In this document: positions 1 through 8,984 of the stretch, one piece after another | Layout: the number at the start of each line of letters is the position of its first letter | How positions within the stretch are numbered: the first letter of the stretch is position 1 | Origin: an uncultured virus (IMG/VR IMGVR_UViG_3300027782_003801) | Taxonomy: Duplodnaviria > Heunggongvirae > Uroviricota > Caudoviricetes | IMG/VR virus record: IMGVR_UViG_3300027782_003801 | Reading direction: 5' to 3' (one strand) | Length of the DNA: 20,000 nucleotides | Position numbers and translations under genes: made by a program | The notes under the pieces: model-generated | Told to the model about the DNA's origin: nothing | The model's database searches: none | The model's input: only the letters and a program-made list of their open reading frames with translations

Positions 1-144
1 AAGTTTTTAGGTTGGAACATGTATATGACACCACCAGATGCTGCTGATGGATTATGGTTAATGTCATCAATGCCAAAACATAATGAAGATACAATTGAGA
101 ACTATCCCGATTTAACAAAAAATGATTTATTCAATAAATTTTAA
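1..144 (+). CDS. 3' end of a DegT/DnrJ/EryC1/StrS-like sugar aminotransferase (partial)
   Basis: Frame 1 is open to TAA at 142-144: KFLGWNMYMTPPDAADGLWLM...; G-x-N-x-x-M...AAxGL resembles the DegT family; the next ATG follows directly. Confidence 0.6.
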   Translation, partial: KFLGWNMYMTPPDAADGLWLMSSMPKHNEDTIENYPDLTKNDLFNKF

Positions 145-1101
145 ATGATGGAAGATTTAATACTTATAACCGCATATTGCGAAACTGAAAAACAAGAAGA
201 GGCATTAAATAGATGTATTGATTCGGTAAGTAAACTTGGATTTCACATTTTACTAATATCCCATTCACACATACCCACACACATACAAAAAAAATGTAAT
301 TATTATTTTTATGATTATAATAATGATGTTAGTGAGGACCATAATTTATTAGGACATTTTACTTTTAACTTTGATAATAAAAAAATAAATTCTAGATTCT
401 TTATTAAAAAATTTTACGGGTTTGCTATATATAGAATGTTTTCAATTGCTAGTCAAATTGCCACAAATTTTGGATATGATAATCTACATCATATTGAATA
501 TGATTGCGAATTGTTAGATGAAAATTTAATCTTTGAAAATAAAGAAAATCTTAAAAAGTACGATTCGGTAATTTGTACTGACACTGGTGATAAAAATGGG
601 TGGTTGTATGGTTCATTTAAGTCATTCAAAGTTAAATCGTTACCTGATAAATTTAAAAATTACGATAGAGATTTTATTGAATCTGAAATGAAAAATCTAA
701 CTAAAACTCATTTAGAATTTCTAACAAAAAAATTATTTATTGATGGTGGAAAAACTTTATTTAAAAATGAACCACCAAAAGATAAATTTAAAAAGGGAAA
801 TATATCCGAACATAGGTATTTACATTTTACACTTTATTTTGATTCTGAAAATGAAACATTAAATATTTTTTATAATGCAATTAATATAAAAAAATCAGAA
901 GAAATAACTGTAATGGTAAATAAAGAAAAGGTAACCAATCTAATAACAAAACCTGGATTTTGGACTACAAGAGAATTGGGTAATTTTAATGAAATAACAC
1001 ATGTTAGGGTAGATAATAATAAAAAAGTTATTTATGAAATTGCATTTGATGACGATTTTAGAGAAATCTTCAAAATAAAATCATATATTACAGAAAATTA
1101 A
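145..1101 (+). CDS. Hypothetical protein, possibly glycosyltransferase-like
   Basis: 318 aa ORF; N-terminal ILITAY strand and HIEYD acidic motif; glycan-modification neighbourhood. Confidence 0.5.
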   Translation: MMEDLILITAYCETEKQEEALNRCIDSVSKLGFHILLISHSHIPTHIQKKCNYYFYDYNNDVSEDHNLLGHFTFNFDNKKINSRFFIKKFYGFAIYRMFSIASQIATNFGYDNLHHIEYDCELLDENLIFENKENLKKYDSVICTDTGDKNGWLYGSFKSFKVKSLPDKFKNYDRDFIESEMKNLTKTHLEFLTKKLFIDGGKTLFKNEPPKDKFKKGNISEHRYLHFTLYFDSENETLNIFYNAINIKKSEEITVMVNKEKVTNLITKPGFWTTRELGNFNEITHVRVDNNKKVIYEIAFDDDFREIFKIKSYITEN

Positions 1102-1107
1102 AAATAA

Positions 1108-1812
1108 ATGAAAAACACATTCAATAAGGCTTACGAAAGTTATAAGAATCACATGAAAAATAATGTGAATGATTATGACAACACATTCAGACATCAACTA
1201 AGAAGAAAACAATGTGAAACCTTAATTAATTCTATTAATAATAGATTTAATTTTGATAAAATAATAACATTAGAAACAGGAACATCACAAAGTTATGATG
1301 ATGGTTTATATGGATTGTTTCTTGGTTTTGTTAGTTTATATACAAATGGTAAAATGTCATCAGTAGACATCAACGAAGGATATGTTAAAAAATCCATACA
1401 AAAGTTTAATGAAGTTATTCCTGATTTAGATTATACCGCACACATAGGGGATTCGGTCAGTTATTTAAAAAATATAGAAGAGATACCAAATTTAGTTCAT
1501 CTTGACAGTTGGGATTTTAACTTGTTTGACCCGTTTCCTTCCGCACTTCACGGATGGATGGAGTTTGATGCGATTCAAAGTAAAATGGAATCTGGTAGTA
1601 TAATTATTATTGATGATAATTGGAGAAAGGACACAACGTTACAATGGAACTACGGTAATGGAACATCTACAGATGTTCCAATAAAGTATCCTATGATTGG
1701 AAAAGGAACACACATATATCAACAAGCTCTCGCCGATAGAATCGGTTGGAAATTAATTGGTAACCATTACGATACATTCGATAATATAAAGATTATTATA
1801 CAAAAAAATTAA
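1108..1812 (+). CDS. Class I SAM-dependent methyltransferase (Methyltransf_24-like)
   Basis: Motifs LETGTS, SVDI, GDSVSYL, LVHLDS and GSIIIIDD in canonical order. Confidence 0.8.
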   Translation: MKNTFNKAYESYKNHMKNNVNDYDNTFRHQLRRKQCETLINSINNRFNFDKIITLETGTSQSYDDGLYGLFLGFVSLYTNGKMSSVDINEGYVKKSIQKFNEVIPDLDYTAHIGDSVSYLKNIEEIPNLVHLDSWDFNLFDPFPSALHGWMEFDAIQSKMESGSIIIIDDNWRKDTTLQWNYGNGTSTDVPIKYPMIGKGTHIYQQALADRIGWKLIGNHYDTFDNIKIIIQKN

Positions 1813-1824
1813 AGTGATTGTGTT

Positions 1825-2061
1825 TTAACCATTTTCATTTAATCGTTGAGTCAATTCATTAGTTAATATACGAATCCATTCGTCTTTTGTTTTCCCATTG
1901 TATGGGTCGGGTATTTCGGTTAGACCAACACCCCGTAAACATAAAATAGTATTCTCAATGTGACTAGCGGTCATATAAAAAATAGGGGTATCTCGACCAT
2001 TTTGAGACCTCCAACAGACATTCCTATCGAATATTTCCCCTCTTAAGAATTTAAACTCCAT
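1825..2061 (-). CDS. Small hypothetical protein with N-terminal MEFKFLRG tag (78 aa)
   Basis: Start revised to ATG 2061, 3 nt downstream of a minus-strand TATCTTTG -7 box. Confidence 0.7.
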   Translation of the reverse strand: MEFKFLRGEIFDRNVCWRSQNGRDTPIFYMTASHIENTILCLRGVGLTEIPDPYNGKTKDEWIRILTNELTQRLNENG

Positions 2062-2064
2062 AGA

Positions 2065-2112
2065 CAAAGATAACATTAATTTTGTATATTCCAAATAATA
2101 TCCTTATCTTTG
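2065..2112. promoter_or_regulatory. Overlapping divergent Bacteroidota sigma-A-type promoters
   Basis: + strand: TTTG 2081-2084, N20, TATCTTTG 2105-2112, ATG 2117. - strand: TTTG at 2092-2095, N19, TATCTTTG at 2065-2072, ATG 2061. Confidence 0.8.
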
Positions 2113-2116
2113 TTAT

Positions 2117-2527
2117 ATGAATACATCAATAACTTTGTCGTTGGTTCTTTTACTTCTTCCTTATGAAATGGAAAAATCTGAAAGGATAATAATGGAAAAG
2201 ATAAAGACGTTAGAACCAATATCTGTAACTTTAACCACATACACAACAAGTGCAAAGGAAACAGATTCAACACCTAACATAACCGCATCTGGTTTTAAAA
2301 TTGATACACTTAATCCAATGAAACATAGGATTATTGCGGTATCAAGGGATTTAAAAAAGAAATGGAAGTTTGGAACAAAGGTGAGAATAACTGGTGCGGG
2401 AAAGTACAATGGAACTTATTATGTGAGAGATTTAATGAACAAAAGATATAAGAAACGAATTGATATATTAATTGGAAAAAACCATAAACAAATTAAATTA
2501 GAAGATATAAAAATCTACAAAATATGA
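2117..2527 (+). CDS. 3D (Asp-Asp-Asp)/MltA-RlpA-like domain protein with N-terminal hydrophobic segment
   Basis: TASG...IIAVSRDL...FGTKVRI.G.G...VRD...RIDI pattern typical of 3D domains. Confidence 0.8.
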   Translation: MNTSITLSLVLLLLPYEMEKSERIIMEKIKTLEPISVTLTTYTTSAKETDSTPNITASGFKIDTLNPMKHRIIAVSRDLKKKWKFGTKVRITGAGKYNGTYYVRDLMNKRYKKRIDILIGKNHKQIKLEDIKIYKI

Positions 2528-2775
2528 TATTCTTTTTATTCTACATAATAGGATTTATCCTAACACTAACATTCTTAAAGTTATTTGGTAAGAAGATGGA
2601 GATTGATTATGATCCACCACATGATGAGGATTATGACGACTATAAAAATAATGCTGAGGCCTATCTATTCTTTTCATTGAGTTGGTTTGTGACCGCACCA
2701 ATGTTTATTGTTGTTGCTACAATTCAATTGTTATATAAATTTACACAATGGTTTATGAAATACCCAAACGTTTAA
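2524..2775 (+). CDS. Small two-TM membrane protein
   Basis: Two hydrophobic segments around an acidic loop; ATGA overlap with the upstream gene. Confidence 0.7.
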   Translation: MIFFLFYIIGFILTLTFLKLFGKKMEIDYDPPHDEDYDDYKNNAEAYLFFSLSWFVTAPMFIVVATIQLLYKFTQWFMKYPNV

Positions 2776-2776
2776 T

Positions 2777-2923
2777 ATGAAATTAGTTGCAATTGCTTTA
2801 TTAATCTTACCGGTGTTCTTTATTGAAGCCACACTAACGGTATTAACAATTACTATTTATTTGTGGATAATTAAAGCACGTGGTGGTGATTTATTAACAG
2901 AAAAATTAATACATAAGTTATGA
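2777..2923 (+). CDS. Small membrane protein, 48 aa (not in ORF track)
   Basis: MKLVAIALLILPVFFIEATLTVLTITIYLWIIKARGG...; fills the gap; ATGA overlap with 2920. Confidence 0.65.
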   Translation: MKLVAIALLILPVFFIEATLTVLTITIYLWIIKARGGDLLTEKLIHKL

Positions 2924-3120
2924 TACTACTAATATACTGGATACTAACAACAATTTATGGAACATATTGGTTGGTTAAACATCCATCAGACAGAAGATAT
3001 GAGGATGATGATGAATTTACATTATTGGAAGTTATTGCTAAGACCGTTCCAGCTGCATTATTATCGTGGCTATTTGTTCCAATGTTTTTATTACACCAAA
3101 TAAAATTTAAAAGAAGGTGA
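2920..3120 (+). CDS. Small two-TM membrane protein
   Basis: TM-acidic loop-TM; shares an SW...PMF motif with 2524..2775. Confidence 0.7.
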   Translation: MILLIYWILTTIYGTYWLVKHPSDRRYEDDDEFTLLEVIAKTVPAALLSWLFVPMFLLHQIKFKRR

Positions 3121-3290
3121 TTGAATTTAAATTTCTTAATGAGAACACAGACAATCGACCCAAAACAAGGGACGAGGTACTTATTATAGTTAGAGATAAC
3201 CTAAACATACTATTTGATGGAAATTATAGAAACCATGTTGATATAGACGACATCGTTGAACAAGTGTGTAGAAATTTAAGAATAGAATAA
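3117..3290 (+). CDS. Small hypothetical protein with MIEFKFL tag, 57 aa (not in ORF track)
   Basis: GTG start overlapping the upstream TGA (GTGA); open to TAA 3288-3290; next ATG at 3292. Confidence 0.7.
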   Translation: MIEFKFLNENTDNRPKTRDEVLIIVRDNLNILFDGNYRNHVDIDDIVEQVCRNLRIE

Positions 3291-3291
3291 T

Positions 3292-3894
3292 ATGAGAATT
3301 TTAATATTAACACATCAAAGGTCTGGTGGATTATCTTTAGTGTCTTGGATTTCAAGAGAATTAAATTTTATATTGTACCATGAACCATTCTCAATAAATT
3401 ATTATGATGAAGGGATTATTAATGATGTTATGAATAATGATAATATCGTTGTAAAAGAATTTCAATATAATATTGAAAAAGGAGGGTTTAATTTAAATGA
3501 TGTAATATCTAAATTTGATAAAGTGATAATACATTATAGAGGTAACTATAACGATGTGGCAATTAGTTTAACATATTTTGACAAAAACGATGGGACTAAA
3601 ATGCATAAGACATATGAAATGACCGATGAATGGATAAAAGATAATGAAGAAGAGATTGAAAAAATGAAAGTAATTAATAATGAAATGTATTGTAGTGTCC
3701 AAAGATTAAAAATTGAAGGGTCTTTGACAACAACTTACGATGGAATATATAATGATAAATCTGATATACCAAAACTTTTAGAGTTTTTAAATGTGACTTA
3801 TCCAAGACATTTAGATATATTAGATAAAAGGCATAAATTACAAAATGGTGATGTTGGAATGGATGATGTTAAAGTTAAACGAAAAATAATATGA
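3292..3894 (+). CDS. Sulfotransferase-like P-loop protein
   Basis: ILILTHQRSGG (PAPS-loop-like), YHEPF, IIHYR, TTYD. Confidence 0.6.
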   Translation: MRILILTHQRSGGLSLVSWISRELNFILYHEPFSINYYDEGIINDVMNNDNIVVKEFQYNIEKGGFNLNDVISKFDKVIIHYRGNYNDVAISLTYFDKNDGTKMHKTYEMTDEWIKDNEEEIEKMKVINNEMYCSVQRLKIEGSLTTTYDGIYNDKSDIPKLLEFLNVTYPRHLDILDKRHKLQNGDVGMDDVKVKRKII

Positions 3895-4070
3895 ATATAT
3901 TGGAACTATATGAAAGATATAATAAAGTGTATGAAATTGAATTAAGAGAAGTTGCAACTCCATATCATTTACAACTTATGAAAGAGATTGATATGTTAGA
4001 GAAGTTAACAATAGATGAGTTTAAAGAAAAATTAAATAACATAGATTTTAAAAAGAAATGGGGAAATTAA
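3891..4070 (+). CDS. Small hypothetical protein, 59 aa (not in ORF track)
   Basis: MNILELYERYNKVYEIELRE...KKWGN; ATGA overlap upstream, short overlap downstream. Confidence 0.65.
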   Translation: MNILELYERYNKVYEIELREVATPYHLQLMKEIDMLEKLTIDEFKEKLNNIDFKKKWGN

Positions 4071-4807
4071 AGTGTGCGGTATTAATATTTGGACCTTACA
4101 GAGAATTTGACACTGTATATGATTCTTGGTCTTTTATGGAACATTACGAATGCGATTATTATATATCTACATGGGATAGAAATAAAATGTCACATAAAGG
4201 ACACGGTGTGGAAATTAATGAGGTTATTACAAAAGAAATGATATTGTCTAAATTACCTTGTGCAACAATTGCGATAAAGGAAGATGATGACAGGTATCTA
4301 AATAATAACTGTAAAATGTCATTTCATTGGAAAACCTGTCTTCAATTGTTGGAGGAAAGTAATAAAGAATATGATATATGTTTATTAACTAGATTTGATA
4401 ATTTCACAACACCATTTAATAGTTGGAATGATATTGATAAAAATGAAATATATACTGAAATTGATAACAAACCATTTATGATGGAAAATGTAATGTCATT
4501 GAATGATTATTTTTATTTAGGTAACTTTGAGAAGATGAAAGAAATTATTAGAAAATTTCCTGTTGTTTCAAAAGACCCACACGGTGATATGTATAATGTT
4601 ATAAAAGATTTAAATATAAAGTTAATCAATTTGTTTGAAAAAAATGATAACACCAAAGGTGTGCAAATTATTCAAGCTAGACCCAATTCAAGGGGAATGG
4701 AACATTTAGAATATAGTAGATTAGTAACTTTAAATGTAGAGTGGTGTGATGGTTGGGATAAAGAGTTTATTCATCCTCCAGGATATTACCCATTTAATTC
4801 TAAATAA
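4058..4807 (+). CDS. Glycosyltransferase-like hypothetical protein
   Basis: KCAVLIFG..R N-terminus, YISTW and YDICLLTRFD motifs, as seen in viral GT-like proteins. Confidence 0.5.
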   Translation: MGKLKCAVLIFGPYREFDTVYDSWSFMEHYECDYYISTWDRNKMSHKGHGVEINEVITKEMILSKLPCATIAIKEDDDRYLNNNCKMSFHWKTCLQLLEESNKEYDICLLTRFDNFTTPFNSWNDIDKNEIYTEIDNKPFMMENVMSLNDYFYLGNFEKMKEIIRKFPVVSKDPHGDMYNVIKDLNIKLINLFEKNDNTKGVQIIQARPNSRGMEHLEYSRLVTLNVEWCDGWDKEFIHPPGYYPFNSK

Positions 4808-5501
4808 TTTTTGAGATTATATGGTTATAAAATAAATCACATTGAACTTGGTGACCCAATTCCCCCATGTGATAATCAATAATTTCATTATTTGTTTCCT
4901 CAATAATTCTTTGACCACCCTTATTTAAAACGATAGCAAGCGGATGATGTTCATATTGTCCCATTATATATTTTTTATCTAACTTTTCATTTAATGGTTT
5001 ATTATAAATTATATTATCTTCACAAGACCAAAAATATAAATTAAATCCTACAAGTTTAGATAATTTAGACATTATTTCAATATAGTTTTTAACATCTTTA
5101 ACGTATAACGGATGTGTTCTATTAATACAAATTTCTTCATGGACTTCTTTGTTAATTTTTTTTTCGGATATATCACCAGGACCATTACATATCCAACTTT
5201 CGTTATACCAATTATCGTTTGCAACCCATCTATAACGACCCATATAAGACCACCCAACAATAACAGTATCATTTTTTTTTATTTCGTTCATGTGTTCAAT
5301 AAAAGTGTGAAATATTAAATCATTACCTGAAGCCCCCTTAGCATAGTTAATGGGATTTAAATTTAACTTTTCAGACAGTAGTTCCAACCATATTTTGGGT
5401 AAGTTACCACCTCTCCATTCTTTATACTTTATATAATGTGAGTTCATATCTAAGTTCCAACTCTCAGTGTAACTACATCCAAATCCAAATAAGTTATTCA
5501 T
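4800..5501 (-). CDS. SGNH/GDSL hydrolase-like protein
   Basis: FGCSYT (block I), NYAKGASGN (block II), DYHMGELGH (D-x-H block V). Confidence 0.7.
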   Translation of the reverse strand: MNNLFGFGCSYTESWNLDMNSHYIKYKEWRGGNLPKIWLELLSEKLNLNPINYAKGASGNDLIFHTFIEHMNEIKKNDTVIVGWSYMGRYRWVANDNWYNESWICNGPGDISEKKINKEVHEEICINRTHPLYVKDVKNYIEIMSKLSKLVGFNLYFWSCEDNIIYNKPLNEKLDKKYIMGQYEHHPLAIVLNKGGQRIIEETNNEIIDYHMGELGHQVQCDLFYNHIISKII

Positions 5502-5505
5502 ATAC

Positions 5506-5513
5506 CATAAATA
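5506..5513 (-). promoter_or_regulatory. Putative phage (late-type) promoter TATTTATG
   Basis: TATTTATR exactly 4 nt before the ATG, as at 9240 and 14706. Confidence 0.45.
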
Positions 5514-5548
5514 TGGTATTATTTAAGTTACTAACATCCAAAATCTGT

Positions 5549-5579
5549 TTTGGAATACCAAATATTATATGTATATTTA
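5549..5579 (+). promoter_or_regulatory. Bacteroidota-type promoter (one mismatch)
   Basis: TTTG 5549-5552, N19, TATATTTA 5572-5579, ATG 5585. Confidence 0.55.
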
Positions 5580-5584
5580 ATCTT

Positions 5585-6037
5585 ATGGGACTCTCAACAT
5601 TTAGATTTTTCAGGGGTATACTTCGTAAAGCGAGAGTAGTTCAATTAAGACATAGATTGACAAGAACACCAATTGCACACATACCAGTTCCCCCACACAC
5701 AGCAACGATATCTGAATATCGTAGAGCGTTTATTAATGGATGGAGATCCTGTGAGTTCGGAAGGAACATATACGACTGCCCACATTCATCATACGACCTG
5801 GTTGAAATACAATTAAAAAGGGAATGGGAATTTGGATTCACAGAATGTTTTAACACAAGACAAGAGGATTTTGTTGAGATTGACACAACAATTACTCAAA
5901 CAGATGAACAATGTTATCTAAATGGATGGGAACGAGCACAACAAGGACGTCCATTAAATGAAAACCCACATACATACGGGTCACACCAATTTAATATGTG
6001 GTATGTTGGGTGGAATGACTTTGTGGATAACCATTAG
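5585..6037 (+). CDS. Protein with two tandem Rmf/CrpP-like modules; FRFFRG tag
   Basis: Start revised to 5585. AFINGW...GRNIYDCPH...EWEFGF and YLNGW...GRPLNENPH...WYVGW match the Rmf pattern GYxAG...CPY...WxxGW. Confidence 0.65.
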   Translation: MGLSTFRFFRGILRKARVVQLRHRLTRTPIAHIPVPPHTATISEYRRAFINGWRSCEFGRNIYDCPHSSYDLVEIQLKREWEFGFTECFNTRQEDFVEIDTTITQTDEQCYLNGWERAQQGRPLNENPHTYGSHQFNMWYVGWNDFVDNH

Positions 6038-6065
6038 AATATTTCGTATATCCAAACTAATATCT

Positions 6066-6073
6066 TATATTTG
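6066..6073 (+). promoter_or_regulatory. Bacteroidota -7 box TATATTTG
   Basis: 4 nt upstream of ATG 6078; imperfect -33 (TTCG) 19 nt upstream. Confidence 0.6.
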
Positions 6074-6077
6074 TATC

Positions 6078-6536
6078 ATGACCGACGCACAAATAGTAAT
6101 ATCAATTTTATCTGGTATAATATTTTTTTTATATCTCGTTAACAATTTAATATCACTTTCTAATGTTGAATTGTATATGAAAAAATATAATGAATTACAA
6201 CGTGGTGTGTATAAGTATGAACCAAATCCAAGTCTTCAATCACATTATTTTTATTTATACAGTTACGATATTAATACCGTTACATTCACTAAAACTAATG
6301 TCTACATTTTATTCTTTCTTGATGGTGATATAAAACTAACAGAAAACAATTATATACATAAATGGCAAATATGGTGGTCAATACCAACTTGGTATCATTA
6401 TAGAAAACTTCATAAGTTAAAAGATGAGTTAATAGTAAATTATGAAAGAGGACTTGATTTTAGACAGATTTATGATAGAGCTGTAGAATTAGAAAGGAAA
6501 AAAAATAAGTTAGAATTTAAATTTTTGCGGGGATGA
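6078..6536 (+). CDS. Membrane-anchored hypothetical protein ending in LEFKFLRG
   Basis: Start revised to MTDAQ at 6078; N-terminal TM; C-terminal FKFL tag. Confidence 0.7.
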   Translation: MTDAQIVISILSGIIFFLYLVNNLISLSNVELYMKKYNELQRGVYKYEPNPSLQSHYFYLYSYDINTVTFTKTNVYILFFLDGDIKLTENNYIHKWQIWWSIPTWYHYRKLHKLKDELIVNYERGLDFRQIYDRAVELERKKNKLEFKFLRG

Positions 6537-7048
6537 TAAAACCATTCAAACTACTTAATGGGTATGTCTATGATGATGAGTATACATTACCAGTACGAAC
6601 AGATCCACCATTTGGTATATCACATCGTCATTGGAATATGTTGCCACAGGATTTGAGAGGTGGAACGCTAATACATATGGAAATATACATTGAGGGGTGG
6701 GAAGCTGGTCGCAATAATATCACCATCAATCCATATGAAGGTATTATCAATGACCCTATGGTTAGTGAATGGATTGAGTTGTGGAATAGAGGACATCTAA
6801 GGTGGTCTGATAGAACAGGACAAAATTTTAGAAATGTAAATCCCAACCCACCAATAGATGAAACATATCCTGAATTCTATAACACAGATGAATTTGTATT
6901 CTTTGACGTGACGCCAGTTGTGTATGATTCTGAATCTTATGTTCCATATAAATTCATGTTGTTTAGACATATTGAAGATGGGAACACAGTACAAGGAAGT
7001 AGAATAACCCCCGAACACCCAATGTGGAATTTTCCTGATATAATTTAA
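6533..7048 (+). CDS. Hypothetical protein with MIKPFKLL tag and Rmf-like module
   Basis: YIEGWEAG...NPY...LWNRG; ATGA overlap. Confidence 0.65.
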   Translation: MIKPFKLLNGYVYDDEYTLPVRTDPPFGISHRHWNMLPQDLRGGTLIHMEIYIEGWEAGRNNITINPYEGIINDPMVSEWIELWNRGHLRWSDRTGQNFRNVNPNPPIDETYPEFYNTDEFVFFDVTPVVYDSESYVPYKFMLFRHIEDGNTVQGSRITPEHPMWNFPDII

Positions 7049-7061
7049 AAAACAAAATAAT

Positions 7062-7226
7062 ATGAGATTAAACGTAGAATTACTTGCAATTGATTTTTAC
7101 AGAGTAGGAAGAAGTTGGATTTCTTTTTTAGAGATTAATTATGGTCACCCATTATTTTATTTAGAATGGGGACAAGGTATGAAAATACAAATCAGTTTTT
7201 TATTTGGACTAATTAAAAATTATTAA
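7062..7226 (+). CDS. Small hypothetical protein, 54 aa (not in ORF track)
   Basis: MRLNVELLAIDFYRVGRSW...; A-rich leader; ends 1 nt before the next ATG. Confidence 0.6.
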   Translation: MRLNVELLAIDFYRVGRSWISFLEINYGHPLFYLEWGQGMKIQISFLFGLIKNY

Positions 7227-7227
7227 T

Positions 7228-7461
7228 ATGAAATTTGAAGAAGCGGAAGAAAAATCTTTAACCGTAAAATGGGAAATCGGAACTTGCTCGCAAGGAGAAA
7301 GGTGTTGGTGTAGAACGATTAAACCTATTGAACCTATACTTTTTGATGATGGAGATAGTCAAGATGAATATTGGATAGTTGGGTCTGGCGAGTTACATAA
7401 AAATATTGCGGAGTATTTTGTTGAACTCCATAATAAAAATATTGAAAACAAAATTAAATAA
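7228..7461 (+). CDS. Hypothetical protein with C-x5-CWC motif
   Basis: ORF in a contiguous + strand operon. Confidence 0.7.
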   Translation: MKFEEAEEKSLTVKWEIGTCSQGERCWCRTIKPIEPILFDDGDSQDEYWIVGSGELHKNIAEYFVELHNKNIENKIK

Positions 7462-7462
7462 T

Positions 7463-7642
7463 ATGAAATTTAGAAAAACACTCACAGATAAACGTCTTGA
7501 AGAATTGTCTGATAAGGTAAGAAGAGGAACTCCAATCTTAATGAGTGAGGCAATTGAGGTGGTGGAATATCAAGAGATGTTAAAGAAGAATAAACTACCT
7601 TTCACAGATAGAATACTTAATTTCTTTAAAATAAAACAATAA
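7463..7642 (+). CDS. Small hypothetical protein
   Basis: Start revised to MKFRKT at 7463, directly after the upstream stop. Confidence 0.65.
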   Translation: MKFRKTLTDKRLEELSDKVRRGTPILMSEAIEVVEYQEMLKKNKLPFTDRILNFFKIKQ

Positions 7643-7647
7643 AGATT

Positions 7648-7875
7648 ATGAAAACATTTAAGTTCCTCTCAAAGAAACAAGTTCCTATACCAAATAGATA
7701 TAGTAGTTTAAGTCCTGAGGATAGAAACATATACACAAAAGGATATTATGATGCGTTTGATTGTTATAATCATAGTCGTTCGTTAGAGTCACCATACAAT
7801 CCACTTGTGGAAGAATATGAGTATGAATTATGGAGAGAGGGAGTTACGATGTATGAACGAAATAATAATGTATAA
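7648..7875 (+). CDS. Small protein with MKTFKFL tag and Rmf-like module
   Basis: YTKGYYDA...SPY...LWREG. Confidence 0.65.
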   Translation: MKTFKFLSKKQVPIPNRYSSLSPEDRNIYTKGYYDAFDCYNHSRSLESPYNPLVEEYEYELWREGVTMYERNNNV

Positions 7876-8273
7876 TGATAAAGGATTTCAAATTCTTTAG
7901 ATCTAACATAACAAGGGTTAATTGGCAACTAACCGGTTTATTAGATGATGCAACAAATGTTCCATTATTGATTGGTGTATTGGACATCACATACAAATAT
8001 ATTCAGGATAATAATCTAATGGATAATGATAGGGTTAATAATATGTTGATTATTATTATGACTAAATTATACAGAGACAAATATAATTCTTATAGTGATT
8101 ATGATATTAGAGGTAAGATTGATGAGGTTATGATTCATATGGATAGTGTCACAATAAGAAGATATATACAAGAACTTGCAGCGGGTGCTTGGACTAGTAT
8201 TGATGTTGAAGCGGAGATTAATCATATTATTTATGAAAAATGTAAATGGGAAGAACATGATCACGGATTTTAA
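7875..8273 (+). CDS. Hypothetical protein with MIKDFKFF tag
   Basis: TAATG overlap with the upstream gene; 132 aa. Confidence 0.7.
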   Translation: MIKDFKFFRSNITRVNWQLTGLLDDATNVPLLIGVLDITYKYIQDNNLMDNDRVNNMLIIIMTKLYRDKYNSYSDYDIRGKIDEVMIHMDSVTIRRYIQELAAGAWTSIDVEAEINHIIYEKCKWEEHDHGF

Positions 8274-8649
8274 ATTTTTATCGGGGGTGAAATCCATGTT
8301 GGATATGTATGGTAGAGAAATCAATCCAAATCATTATCAAACAATCAGTTTAACCGGCAATCTTCGTTTTCTAAAAGAATACCATAGAAGATTGGATTGT
8401 TTTTATATGTCACATTATAATATGTTTAATGATAGACATCCATTGTATAATCAATCATTAGAATTATATGATAGAACGGTTGGATTTATTAATGGAGGTC
8501 ATATAACAACCCATGAAGAGATAAGGAGATTTGTTCATATCGCTTATTCAGATATGGTCTATGGAGTATTTGAACCGTGGGAAATGGGTGGAGCAACAAA
8601 TCAGGAGATATTAGTTGATACATATAACTTTATAAACCCAAGACGATGA
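8257..8649 (+). CDS. Hypothetical protein with MITDFKFL tag
   Basis: Start revised to 8257 from the shared N-terminal tag and minimal overlap. Confidence 0.7.
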   Translation: MITDFKFLSGVKSMLDMYGREINPNHYQTISLTGNLRFLKEYHRRLDCFYMSHYNMFNDRHPLYNQSLELYDRTVGFINGGHITTHEEIRRFVHIAYSDMVYGVFEPWEMGGATNQEILVDTYNFINPRR

Positions 8650-8972
8650 AGGACTTCAAATTTCTCACCAAGAACAATACCATAAACTTTAACGGACAAA
8701 TGTCCATTGAGGCACTTAGATATTTCAATGATTATGTCAATAATGTAATTAGATATGAAATCTCAACACCAACCGCAACATATAGGATGGTGGATTACAC
8801 TTATGGTGACGGTAATATTGTGGCAGGAACTATCAACGCACATCCATCAGGTGTATCCAATGTAATGGTCACCTATAGTATAAGGAACGGGGAGATTACG
8901 GGACACACAATACATTTAGATTACTGGAATACGGCGGGACAGTTAGTAAACGCATTAAGAGAGACACAATAA
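8646..8972 (+). CDS. Hypothetical protein with MKDFKFL tag
   Basis: ATGA overlap; 108 aa. Confidence 0.7.
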   Translation: MKDFKFLTKNNTINFNGQMSIEALRYFNDYVNNVIRYEISTPTATYRMVDYTYGDGNIVAGTINAHPSGVSNVMVTYSIRNGEITGHTIHLDYWNTAGQLVNALRETQ

Positions 8973-8984
8973 AGACCCATACCA

